This document shows, piece after piece, positions 42,266-51,057 of a stretch of 64,000 nucleotides of DNA (position 1 is its first letter; each line of letters begins with the position of its first letter). The notes beneath the pieces are model-generated. The model saw only the letters and a list, made by a program, of their open reading frames with translations. It was not told the DNA's origin and ran no database searches. Both the position numbers and the translations under genes were made by a program. This stretch comes from an uncultured delta proteobacterium (GTDB lineage: Bacteria; Myxococcota; Myxococcia; SLRQ01). Where the stretch lies: contig CAVSGM010000002.1 of NCBI GenBank assembly GCA_963727485.1, positions 448,001 to 512,000 of the forward strand, given 5' to 3'.

Positions 42266-44054
42266 ATGAGCGAGCCCGACTTCACCCCCACCGTCGCCGA
42301 GCGCCCTGGCGCCGAAGGCGACGCCGCCGCCAAGGCCCAGACCAAGGCCGCCGCCGATGTCTTCCTCTACCTGGGGAAGGCCATCAAGAACATCGGCATC
42401 TACCTCCACAACAAGGCCCGCCACCTGGAGTTCCTGGAGCCGGTGCTTGGCACCCTCCAGGCCTACACCGAGGCCTACGGGCCCCTCGCAGTACGCGTGG
42501 ACACCGACGCCTTCTACTTCAAGAAGGAGGCGGTGTTCACCGAGAGCTTCCAGAGCGACTCCATCCCCTACCGCTTCTACCGCTCCGGGATCCGCCAGCT
42601 GGTGCTCCGCGACGGCCTCGACATGGGCGAGCTCCAGGCCTTCGCCGGCATCTGCATGGCGAACTTCAAGAGCGCCGAGAACCTGGGCAAGGACGTCCTG
42701 GCCCTGCTCTGGGAGGCCGAGCTCGAGAACGTCGAGTACGTCGTCGTCGAGGGCTTCCAGATCGAGGGGATGACCGACGAGGACGTGGAGGTGGAGGTCG
42801 ACCAGATCGTCAGCTACCTCTACAGCCGCCTCAAGTCGAACACCGGCGACTACCTGCGCTTCGCCCGGCTCTCGGCCCAGGATCTGGAGACCAAGCTCGA
42901 GGGCGTCGATCAGAATCCGCGGGGCGGTGATCACCGGCGAGCCCGCCAGCGACGAGAAGCGCCACGAGATCCGCGAGGAGCTCGCCCTCGACGAGCGGGA
43001 GCGGATGCTCCCCAAGCTGGTGAACATCGTGTTCCGGGCCATCGAGTCCGACGTGGGGACCGAGGGCGAGGAGGCGGTCCGCGAGGTGTTCACCCAGCTC
43101 CTCGACGCCATGCTCCTCCAGGAGGACTTCGCTTCGGTCGACCACATCGTCACCAAGTTCAAGTCCCTGGAGCGCGACCCCACCAAGGGCGAGATGTTCG
43201 CCCGGCTCCGGGCCTACTTCGTGGTGAAGATGGGCGAGGAGGAGCGCCTCCGGAAGATTGGCGAGATCCTCAACACCAGCCGGCCGGAGAACAGCCGGGA
43301 CATCTTCCGCTACCTCTTCAACCTCGACTCGAACGCCGTGCCCCCGCTCCTCGACGTCCTGGAGACCGTGGAGATCCAGGAGAACCGCGAGGTCCTCTGC
43401 GACGCCCTGGTGGCGCTGGGCGCCGACAACCCCGACCCCTTCATCAACCGCCTCCAGTCGGACAAGTCGCAGCTGGTGCGCGACATGATCTACGTCATCG
43501 ACCGCATCGACTTCCCCGACAAGGTGAAGATGTTCGGCCAGGTCCTGGCCAACCCCAACCTCGCGGTGCGCCTCGAGGCCCTGGGCATCATCGCCCGCTC
43601 CAAGACCGAGGAGTGCCGCCAGCTCGTCGCCGACTGCCTCGGCGATCCCAACGGGCAGATGCGCATCCAGGCGGCGCGGCTCCTGCCTCTCTTCGACGAG
43701 CTCAAGGCCTACATGGACCTCGCCCGGGTGGTGAAGACGCCCGAGTTCGAGAAGCGCGACCTCAAGGAGCGCCTCCAGGTGTTCGCGGCGCTCGGCAGCA
43801 CCCAGCAGCAGGGGGCCCTGGCGCTCTTCGACCAGATGCTCCACCAGAAGAGCCTGTTCAACAAGAAGAAGCTGGTGGAGGACAAGGCGCTGGCCATCAC
43901 CGGGCTCTCCCAGCTGGTCTCCATCCCCTCGTTCAAGCTCCTGCAGGCCGAGGCGGAGAACAAGGCCAACACCCCCGAGCTGGTGGCCGCGGCCCGCCGG
44001 GGCATGGGCGCGGTGCGCACCCGGCTCTTCGGCACCGACGAGGAGGCCCCCTGA
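42266..44054 (+). CDS. HEAT-repeat protein (frameshift near 42915)
   Basis: The helical N-terminal domain continues into ORF 42927..44054 with HEAT-like repeats (LAVRLEALGII, MRIQAARLL). TGATG coupling to the next gene. Confidence 0.7.
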
Positions 44055-45349
44055 TGGCCGACAACCTGAAGATCAGCGCCGTCGACACCTCCGAGCGCCT
44101 CGACGAGTTCGGCCGGGAGCACAGCGAGAAGCTCCAGAACCTGGCCAAGCAGCTCGTCGCCTCGCTCTACATGCTGGTGCGCTCGGTGAAGCTCTACGAC
44201 CCCGAGAACGCCATCTTCGACAAGCCCCTCGAGGTCCTCAAGGACACCATCAACACCATCATCGCCGCCGACCACCAGCTCGTCCTCCAGGCCGTGAAGG
44301 ACTCGTTCTACGTGAACAACATGCTGGTGAAGGTCGACTACAACAGCCTGGACAACGTCCGGCAGCTCATCGCCGAGTTCAAGGAGCACGAGGTCGGCGG
44401 CTTCGTCCTCCAGAAGACGGTGAGCCTCGACGACCTGCGCAACTTCATCTTCATCTTCTCCAGGGACAAGGACGACGGCGTCGACGAGGACGGCCTCGCC
44501 GGCCGGAAGCTGGTCAGCATCAAGCTGTCCAAGTGGAAGAACATCAAGGAGAAGATCCAGGACGACGCCGACCAGAAGGTCGACCGGAAGAAGTACGCGG
44601 TCACCGTCTACGCCCGGACCGTCCTCTACATGAAGAAGTACCTCGAGCGCCTCGAGGCCGGCGAGACCCTCTCCCTGCGCACCGCCGAGCGGCTGATCCA
44701 GGACCTGGTCGACATCTGCTTCGAGCAGCGCAGCCACTTCCTGGGCATGACCACCATGGAGGAGACGCGGGAGTACCTCATCTACCACTCGGTGAACGTG
44801 GCGCTGATCGCCATCGTCTTCGCCTCGGAGCTCGGCCTCACCAAGCAGCAGCTCAAGGAGCTCGGGGTCATCGCCCTGCTCCACGACATCGGCATGGTCA
44901 CCGTCTCCCAGGACCTGCGCACCAAGCGCGGCGCCCTCTCGAACAAGGAGCGGGAGACCATCGACGCGGCGCCCCTGGCGGCGGTGAAGGCCATCCTCCA
45001 GCGCGGCGGCATCTCCAAGAGCGAGGTGGCGCGGCTGGTGTCCACCGTGGAGCACCACGAGGACTTCGGGACCCCGGTGAAGGACTCCCGGGGGAACATC
45101 CAGATGATCATCCCCCGATCCAGCCTCGCCGTGTACTCGAGGATCCTGGCCATCGCCAACGCCTACGACGCGCTGACCAGCAAGCGGCCCTACCGGGATG
45201 CCTACGGACCCGAGGTGGCGCTCACCCTCATGTGGACCGAGATGCGCCACAAGTTCGACCCGGACCTCCTCAAGATCTTCATGAAGGTCATGGCGGTGGC
45301 GCCGGTGCGGGTGCTGGCACCCGGCAGCCAGGCCGTGGCGCTGGGCTAG
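44054..45349 (+). CDS. HD-GYP-like domain protein with degenerate motifs
   Basis: HSVNVA, LLHDIG, HHE, AYDALTSKRPYR, KFDP. No GYP motif. Confidence 0.8.
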   Translation: MADNLKISAVDTSERLDEFGREHSEKLQNLAKQLVASLYMLVRSVKLYDPENAIFDKPLEVLKDTINTIIAADHQLVLQAVKDSFYVNNMLVKVDYNSLDNVRQLIAEFKEHEVGGFVLQKTVSLDDLRNFIFIFSRDKDDGVDEDGLAGRKLVSIKLSKWKNIKEKIQDDADQKVDRKKYAVTVYARTVLYMKKYLERLEAGETLSLRTAERLIQDLVDICFEQRSHFLGMTTMEETREYLIYHSVNVALIAIVFASELGLTKQQLKELGVIALLHDIGMVTVSQDLRTKRGALSNKERETIDAAPLAAVKAILQRGGISKSEVARLVSTVEHHEDFGTPVKDSRGNIQMIIPRSSLAVYSRILAIANAYDALTSKRPYRDAYGPEVALTLMWTEMRHKFDPDLLKIFMKVMAVAPVRVLAPGSQAVALG

Positions 45350-46317
45350 GCGCGCAGCGCCGCCAGCGCCGCCTCCCACTCCGGGGGCAGAGGCGCCTCG
45401 AAGGTCATCCGCGCCCCCGAGTCCGGGTGGTCGAAGGAGAGCCGCCAGGCGTGGAGGCCCTGGTGGCCCAGACGCGCCGCCGCCTCCCGCACCGCCGAGG
45501 ACGGGCTGGTGCGGTCCCGGCGCCCGCCGCCGTAGACCTTGTCGCCGAGGAGCGGGTGGCCGGCCTCGGTGAGGTGGACCCGGATCTGGTGGGTGCGCCC
45601 GGTCAGGAGGCGCACCTCGAGGCGGGCGGCGTGGTCGAAGGTCTCGACCACCTTCCACCGGGTCACCGCCCGGCGCGCGTCCTTGCGGCCCTCCACCCCC
45701 TTGGCGGTGAAGCGCTTGCGGTCCCGGGGGTGCCGGGCGAAGGCGGTGTCCAGGACCCCCTCGCCCTGCCTCGGCACCCCGTGGACCAGGGCCTGGTAGA
45801 TCTTCTCCACCTCCCGGGCCTTGAACTGGGCCTGGAGGGCCCGGAGCGCCGCCTCGGTCCGGGCGACGACCATCACCCCGGTGGTGCCCTTGTCGAGGCG
45901 GTGGACGATCCCCGGCCGGCGCTCGCCGCCGATCCCCGGGAGGTCGGGGAAGCGATGGAGGAGCACGTTGACCACCGTCCCGTCCGGGGTCCCCGGCGCC
46001 GGGTGGACCGCCATCCCCGCGGGCTTGGCGAGGACGATGATCGCGGCGTCGGCGTGGAGGACGGTGAGGGGCAGGTCCTGGGGCGCCGGGCCGTCCTCGG
46101 GGGTGACCGGGTCGGGGACGGCGACCACCACCTGTGCCCCTTCGGCGACCCGGGACGCGGGCCGGGTGACGACCTGGCCGTCGACGGTCACGGCGCCACC
46201 GGCGAGGAGCTGCTGCACCCGGGCCCGGGAGAGCGCCGGGACCTCGGCGGCGATCACCTGGTCAAGGCGCCGCCGCCCGGCTTCGGGCCGCACCACGAAG
46301 CGGTGGGCCTCGGCCAC
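45346..46317 (-). CDS. rluD: RluA-family pseudouridine synthase with S4 domain
   Basis: RLDQ...LSRARVQ, KPAGMAVHP, RPGIVHRLDKGTTG, TGRTHQIRVH, QGLHA. Confidence 0.88.
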   Translation of the reverse strand: MAEAHRFVVRPEAGRRRLDQVIAAEVPALSRARVQQLLAGGAVTVDGQVVTRPASRVAEGAQVVVAVPDPVTPEDGPAPQDLPLTVLHADAAIIVLAKPAGMAVHPAPGTPDGTVVNVLLHRFPDLPGIGGERRPGIVHRLDKGTTGVMVVARTEAALRALQAQFKAREVEKIYQALVHGVPRQGEGVLDTAFARHPRDRKRFTAKGVEGRKDARRAVTRWKVVETFDHAARLEVRLLTGRTHQIRVHLTEAGHPLLGDKVYGGGRRDRTSPSSAVREAAARLGHQGLHAWRLSFDHPDSGARMTFEAPLPPEWEAALAALRA

Positions 46318-46321
46318 GGAG

Positions 46322-46589
46322 CTACCAGAATCGGCGACTTGATGCGCCCCTTGTGCCAGATGACGATGTCGACCAGGGCCCGGTCGTAGTAGTTCGTCTT
46401 GGCGTAGAGGTCGGGGTGGACGCCGCTCTTGTAGAGCTCCCGCCCCTCCTCGATCTCCTCGTGGAGCCGGTTGAAGAGGTCGTCGTTCTGGATGCCCTCG
46501 ATGATCTTCTGCTCGTTGTAGAGCGAGATGTCGGAGGCAATGGCGCGGGCGCGCCGCCAGGCTGCTTCGGGGGTCTCGATGAGCGCCAT
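46322..46589 (-). CDS. romX: RomX-like small protein, 88 aa after removing one extra base near 46329
   Basis: RRARAIASDISLYNEQKI..GI..DDLF..L.EEIEEGRELY. The corrected end KSPIW-TAG gives 88 aa, matching my recollection of myxobacterial RomX. Not verified by search. Confidence 0.55.
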
Positions 46590-46601
46590 GGGTCATCCTT
46601 A

Positions 46602-47198
46602 CTACGGCAAGAGCTCGGTGTGCCAGTACGCGACGTCGGCCTCGTCGATGAACGGGCGCCACGCCTCGTGCATGATGGGGCGCAGCCCCCGCTGCACCAG
46701 CGGCGACCACCGGGGCCGGGCGGGCTCGGAGAGGAGCTTCATCCGGGCCTGGGCCGGGGTGCGCCCGCCCTTCTTGAGGTTGCAGGGGATGCAGCAGCAG
46801 ACCACGTTCTCCCAGGTGGTCAGCCCCCCCTGGCTCCTGGGGTTCACGTGGTCGAGGTTGAGCTCGGTCCGCGGGAGGGTCCGGCCGCAGTACTGGCAGG
46901 TGTTGCGGTCGCGCAGGTAGATGTTCTGCCGGGAGAAGCGCACGTGGTTTCTGGGGAAGTGGCTGCAGGCGTGGAGCAGGATCACCCGCGGCACCCCGAT
47001 CCGCCGGCTCACCGTCCCGATGGTCTCGTCGTGGAGCTCCGCGGAGAGGGCCGCCCAGCTGGGGAAGTCGAAGGTGTTGAACTGGCGGTCCACGGCCCGC
47101 GCGAAGCCCTGGTACATGAGGGCGAAGGCGCGCTTCACCGTGGTCACGTGGATCGGCTGGTAGTGCCGATTCAGGACCAGAACCGCCGAGTTCAACAT
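46602..47198 (-). CDS. HNH endonuclease (McrA/HNH_5-like)
   Basis: VLVLN..Y.P, FSRQNIYLRD..TCQYCG, LDHVNPRSQGG..TWENVV.CC..CN.KKG.RTP..A.M.L. Confidence 0.9.
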   Translation of the reverse strand: MLNSAVLVLNRHYQPIHVTTVKRAFALMYQGFARAVDRQFNTFDFPSWAALSAELHDETIGTVSRRIGVPRVILLHACSHFPRNHVRFSRQNIYLRDRNTCQYCGRTLPRTELNLDHVNPRSQGGLTTWENVVCCCIPCNLKKGGRTPAQARMKLLSEPARPRWSPLVQRGLRPIMHEAWRPFIDEADVAYWHTELLP

Positions 47199-47207
47199 CG
47201 CGGAAGA

Positions 47208-47238
47208 ATTATAGGGCCCGGCGCCGGGCCGGGCGCAA
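47208..47238 (-). promoter_or_regulatory. Sigma70-type promoter for the HNH-romX-like-rluD genes
   Basis: Perfect TATAAT at 47213-47208, 9 nt before the ATG. TTGCGC lies 19 nt upstream of it. Confidence 0.55.
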
Positions 47239-47239
47239 G

Positions 47240-48598
47240 TCAGGGGCCGGCGGCGCGGCGGACGGCGGCGGCCAGCACCTCCAGGGCGTCCGGGGGCACG
47301 GTGCGCAGGTGGAGGCGCAGGCGGCCCTCCCGGACCACCCCCACCACCGCCGGCTCGCCCAGGCGCAGGCGGGCGGCGAGGGCCTCGGCGTCGGGGTGAT
47401 CGACCTCCACCGCCATCCCCGGGAGGCGGCGTCCCGGGGCCGAGCCCCCGCCCACCGCGTCCTCCACCGGGACCAGGCGGCACCCCACCCCGCCCTCCGC
47501 CAGGCGCCGGCAGACCGCCTCGCCGAGGGCGGCGAGATCGGGGACGGTGGCCCGGAGCCGGGCCACCACCGGGAGGGCCTCGGGGCCGTCGCGCCAGGCC
47601 CGGAGGGTGGCCTCGAGGGCGGCGAGGGTGAGCTTGCCCGGGCGCAGGGCCCGCATCAGGGGGTGGCGCCGGACCCGGGCCACCGCCTCGCCCCGGCCCA
47701 CCACCAGGCCCGCCTGGGGCCCGCCGAGGAGCTTGTCCCCGGAGAAGCACACCAGCTCCGCCCCGGCGGCGAGGCTCTCGGCGACGGTGGGCTCCCCGTC
47801 GAGGGCGCCGGGGAGGGCCATCGGGAGGCCGGCGCCGAGGTCGTGGACCAGCGGGACCCCGAGGCCGCCGGCGAGGCCGGCCAGGTCCCGGAGGGGGACC
47901 TCCTCGGTGAACCCGGTGACCGCGAAGTTCGAGCGGTGGACCTTGAGCAGCGCCCCGGTCCCGGGGCCGGCGGCGCGCCGGTAGTCCGAGAGGCGCGTCC
48001 GGTTGGTGGTCCCCACCTCGACCAGCCGGCACCCGGAGGTGGTGAGGACCTCGGGGATCCGGAAGCCGCCGCCGATCTCCACCAGCTCCCCCCGGGAGAC
48101 CACCACCTCCCGGCCGGCGGCCACGGTGGCCAGGGCGAGCATCACCGCGGCGGCGCCGTTGTTGACCACCACCGCGTCCTCGGCGCCGGTGAGCCCCCGG
48201 AGGAGGCCGCTGGCCGCCGTGTCCCGGTGCCCCCGGCGGCCGGTCTCCAGGTCGAGCTCCACCGCGGCGGCCCCGGCGGCGCCCTGGATCGCCCGCTGGG
48301 CCGCCGGGGCCAGGGGGGCCCGCCCGAGGCCGGTGTGGAGGACGACCCCGGTGGCGTTGAGGACCTGGCGGACGCGCGGGCGGGCCAGGGCCGAGACCGC
48401 CGCGACGACGGCGTCGTCCGGGATCCCGGCCCCCGCAGCCCCGCCGCCGAGGATCCGCGCCCGGGCGGCGTCGACGGCGGCGCGGATCCCGGCGACCACC
48501 CGGGCCCGGCCGTGGGTCGCCACCAGGGCCTGGACCGCCGGCCGCCGGAGGACCTCGTCCACCGCCGGCAGGGCTCGGAGCGCCGCCTCCCGGCTCAT
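47240..48598 (-). CDS. selA: L-seryl-tRNA(Sec) selenium transferase
   Basis: VLNATGVVLHTGLGRAPL, VVNNGAAA, SRGELVEIGGGFRIP, EVGTTNRT, FSGDKLLGGPQAG. Confidence 0.95.
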   Translation of the reverse strand: MSREAALRALPAVDEVLRRPAVQALVATHGRARVVAGIRAAVDAARARILGGGAAGAGIPDDAVVAAVSALARPRVRQVLNATGVVLHTGLGRAPLAPAAQRAIQGAAGAAAVELDLETGRRGHRDTAASGLLRGLTGAEDAVVVNNGAAAVMLALATVAAGREVVVSRGELVEIGGGFRIPEVLTTSGCRLVEVGTTNRTRLSDYRRAAGPGTGALLKVHRSNFAVTGFTEEVPLRDLAGLAGGLGVPLVHDLGAGLPMALPGALDGEPTVAESLAAGAELVCFSGDKLLGGPQAGLVVGRGEAVARVRRHPLMRALRPGKLTLAALEATLRAWRDGPEALPVVARLRATVPDLAALGEAVCRRLAEGGVGCRLVPVEDAVGGGSAPGRRLPGMAVEVDHPDAEALAARLRLGEPAVVGVVREGRLRLHLRTVPPDALEVLAAAVRRAAGP

Positions 48599-50943
48599 CG
48601 CTTCCCTGGCGGCTTGCCCACCTTGTCGGGGAGCTCGAGGAACCGGTGCCCGGGCTTCCCGTAGAGGTAGCGGTAGGTGAAGTAGGTCCGCAGCACCCGC
48701 CGGGTGTACCGCCGGGTCTCGGCGATGGTGATGTGCTCCACGAAGGCGTCGAGGTCGAGGCCGGCGTAGCGCCGCGCCCAGTGCATCACCGTGCGCACCC
48801 CGGCGTTGTAGGCGGCGATGGTCAGGGCCACGTTGCCGGTGGTCTTGAGGAGCCGCGCCAGGTAGTGGGCCGAGAGCCGGAGGTTCACCGCCGGCCGCTG
48901 GAGGGCCTGGACGGTGATCTTCTGGCCCAGGCCGATCTGCCGGGCGAGATCCCGGGCGGTGGCGGGCATGAGCTGGGCCAGGCCCACCGCCCCGGCCCAG
49001 GAGACCACCTTGGGGTCGAGGGCGCTCTCCTCGCGGATGATGGCCTGCTGCAGGTCCGGGGGGATGTCGAAGCGCCGGGACCAGTGGTCGATCTGGGGCC
49101 GGAACGCCAGGGGGTAGGCGGCGCGCCAGAGGCCCCAGCCGTCCCCCTGGGGGTAGTGGCGGGCGAAGTCGGGGATCCGCAGGCGGACCAGGAGCTGGGC
49201 GGCCCGGGCGTCCCCGGCCCGGTCGAGGAGCCGGGCGAGGAGGCGCACCTCGTCCTTGCCGTGGGCGAGCCCCCGGGCCTGCCCCAGGACCTCGGCGGCG
49301 GCGTCGTCGAGGCCGAGGCGCAGGAGGTGGATGCCCCGGCGCAGGGCCCGGGCGTGGGCGAAGGCCGGGCGCACGGCGATGGTGAAGCCCGGCGGATCCA
49401 CCGGGCGGGCCGGGAGCGCCGCCTTCACCGCCTTGGCGCGCTTCGGGTCCAGGTCCTCGAGGCGCCCGAGGGCCAGGGCCGCCTGGTAGGAGAGGGGCGC
49501 GCCCTCGACCACCCGGGCGTAGAGGTCCGCGGCGGCGGCGCGCTGCTTGGGATCCCGGGCCAGGGTCCGGGCCTTCCAGTAGAGGGCCCGGGCGACGTCG
49601 AAGTCGGCGGTGCGGCCCTGCCCCTGGGTGACGACCGTGTCCAGCCACTTGAGGCCCCGGGCCGGGTGGCCATCCTCCCAGTCGAGCCAGAAGAGGCGCC
49701 AGAGGGCCTCCTGGGCGTAGTCCCCGTGGGGGTACGCCCGGACCTCCTGGGCCAGGACCTTCCGGGCCTGGTCCGGGCGGTGGGCCCGGAGGTGGAGGTC
49801 GGCGATGAAGAAGAGGGCGTCGTCCGCGTAGGGGTGGTGGGGGAAGTGGTCGACCAGGCGCCGGTAGATGGGGATCGCCGGGTCCTTGAGGAGGATCGAC
49901 GTCGCCGAGGCCCAGAGATAGAGGGTCTTCACCTCGAGCTTGGGGTCGTGGCGGCAGCGCTTGGCGACCTTGGAGAGGACGTCGATGGCGTCGCGGTAGT
50001 CGCGGGCCATGCGGCTCGCCTTCCCCAGGGCGAAGCGGAGGCGGCACCCGAGGTGGGTGCCGGCGCGGACCCGCCGGAGGAGCGGCGTCGCCCCGTCGAT
50101 GACCGCCTGGTTCCGGTGGGCGTCGAGGAGGCGCTCGAGGCGGCGGACCCGCTGGTGGAGGCTCAGGGGATGGTCGTGGGGGCCGGCGAGGGCCACCAGG
50201 CGCCTGCCGGCCGGGGCCGCGGCGTGGGCCGCCGGGTGGTGGAGGTAGAGGTCGAGCCAGATCCGGCGGGCCGCCTTCCGCTGTCCCCGGGCCTCGAGGA
50301 GGGTCGCCCGGAGGGCCTCGGCGTCGGGCTTCAGGGCCCCCGGGTAGCCCGCCGCCGGCCCCAGGCAGGAAAGCGCCCCCCGGGCCCGGGCGCGGGGGCT
50401 CGCCGGCTCGGGGGCGGCAAAGAGGGCCTGGGCCAGGGCCAGGCGGGCCTTCGGGGCCGCCTTGTGGCCGGCGGGGATCCGCTGGAGGAGGGGCTCGAGG
50501 CCGTGGGGATCCCGCCCGGCGGCGAGGCCCGCGTCGATGGCCTCGGCGGCGACCCAGGGGGCCGCGACCGGGTCGGCGTCCTCGGCCAGGGCGACCAGCG
50601 CCTTGGCGCCGGCGGCCTGGTTCCCCAGGGCCAGGTCGACCTCGGCCTCGAGGTGGCGGGCGGCCCACCGGGCCGGGCCCGGCTTCGGGAGGCCCGCCTG
50701 CTTCGCGGCGGCGAGGGCGGCCCGGATCGCGTCGACGTCGCCCTCGGGGAGGGCCTCGGCGAGGTGGGCCCAGGGCGTCCCGGCGACCCGGAGGGTGACC
50801 GCCGCGTCGGTGACGGTGACCCGCGGCGGCGGCGGAACCGGGGGCGGCGGATTGGGGATGGCGTCGGTGACCGGGGCCTTCGCCCCGGTCGCCCCGGCCC
50901 CGGCCCCGAAGGCCAGGACCAGGCAGGTGACGCCGACCCTCAT
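48595..50943 (-). CDS. slt: Soluble lytic transglycosylase (TPR + SLT domain)
   Basis: Signal peptide, TPR-like helices, AIIREES, GAVGLAQLMP.TA, AAYNAG, ETRRY. Confidence 0.9.
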   Translation of the reverse strand: MRVGVTCLVLAFGAGAGATGAKAPVTDAIPNPPPPVPPPPRVTVTDAAVTLRVAGTPWAHLAEALPEGDVDAIRAALAAAKQAGLPKPGPARWAARHLEAEVDLALGNQAAGAKALVALAEDADPVAAPWVAAEAIDAGLAAGRDPHGLEPLLQRIPAGHKAAPKARLALAQALFAAPEPASPRARARGALSCLGPAAGYPGALKPDAEALRATLLEARGQRKAARRIWLDLYLHHPAAHAAAPAGRRLVALAGPHDHPLSLHQRVRRLERLLDAHRNQAVIDGATPLLRRVRAGTHLGCRLRFALGKASRMARDYRDAIDVLSKVAKRCRHDPKLEVKTLYLWASATSILLKDPAIPIYRRLVDHFPHHPYADDALFFIADLHLRAHRPDQARKVLAQEVRAYPHGDYAQEALWRLFWLDWEDGHPARGLKWLDTVVTQGQGRTADFDVARALYWKARTLARDPKQRAAAADLYARVVEGAPLSYQAALALGRLEDLDPKRAKAVKAALPARPVDPPGFTIAVRPAFAHARALRRGIHLLRLGLDDAAAEVLGQARGLAHGKDEVRLLARLLDRAGDARAAQLLVRLRIPDFARHYPQGDGWGLWRAAYPLAFRPQIDHWSRRFDIPPDLQQAIIREESALDPKVVSWAGAVGLAQLMPATARDLARQIGLGQKITVQALQRPAVNLRLSAHYLARLLKTTGNVALTIAAYNAGVRTVMHWARRYAGLDLDAFVEHITIAETRRYTRRVLRTYFTYRYLYGKPGHRFLELPDKVGKPPGKR

Positions 50944-51057
50944 GGCGAGAAGCCCCCGTTGTCCTTCCATGACCTCGGCATTCCACCACAGCCCCGGTTC
51001 CCGGCGAAAGGCCCGACTCGCGCGCTTCGGCCGGCGTGCTACCTTCTCCAGCAGCCC

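Noticed and set aside
46602..47198. HNH nuclease as a Cas9/IscB-like or mobile endonuclease
   Set aside because: Short stand-alone McrA-like HNH with host codon usage. No RuvC motifs, array or ncRNA-sized gap.
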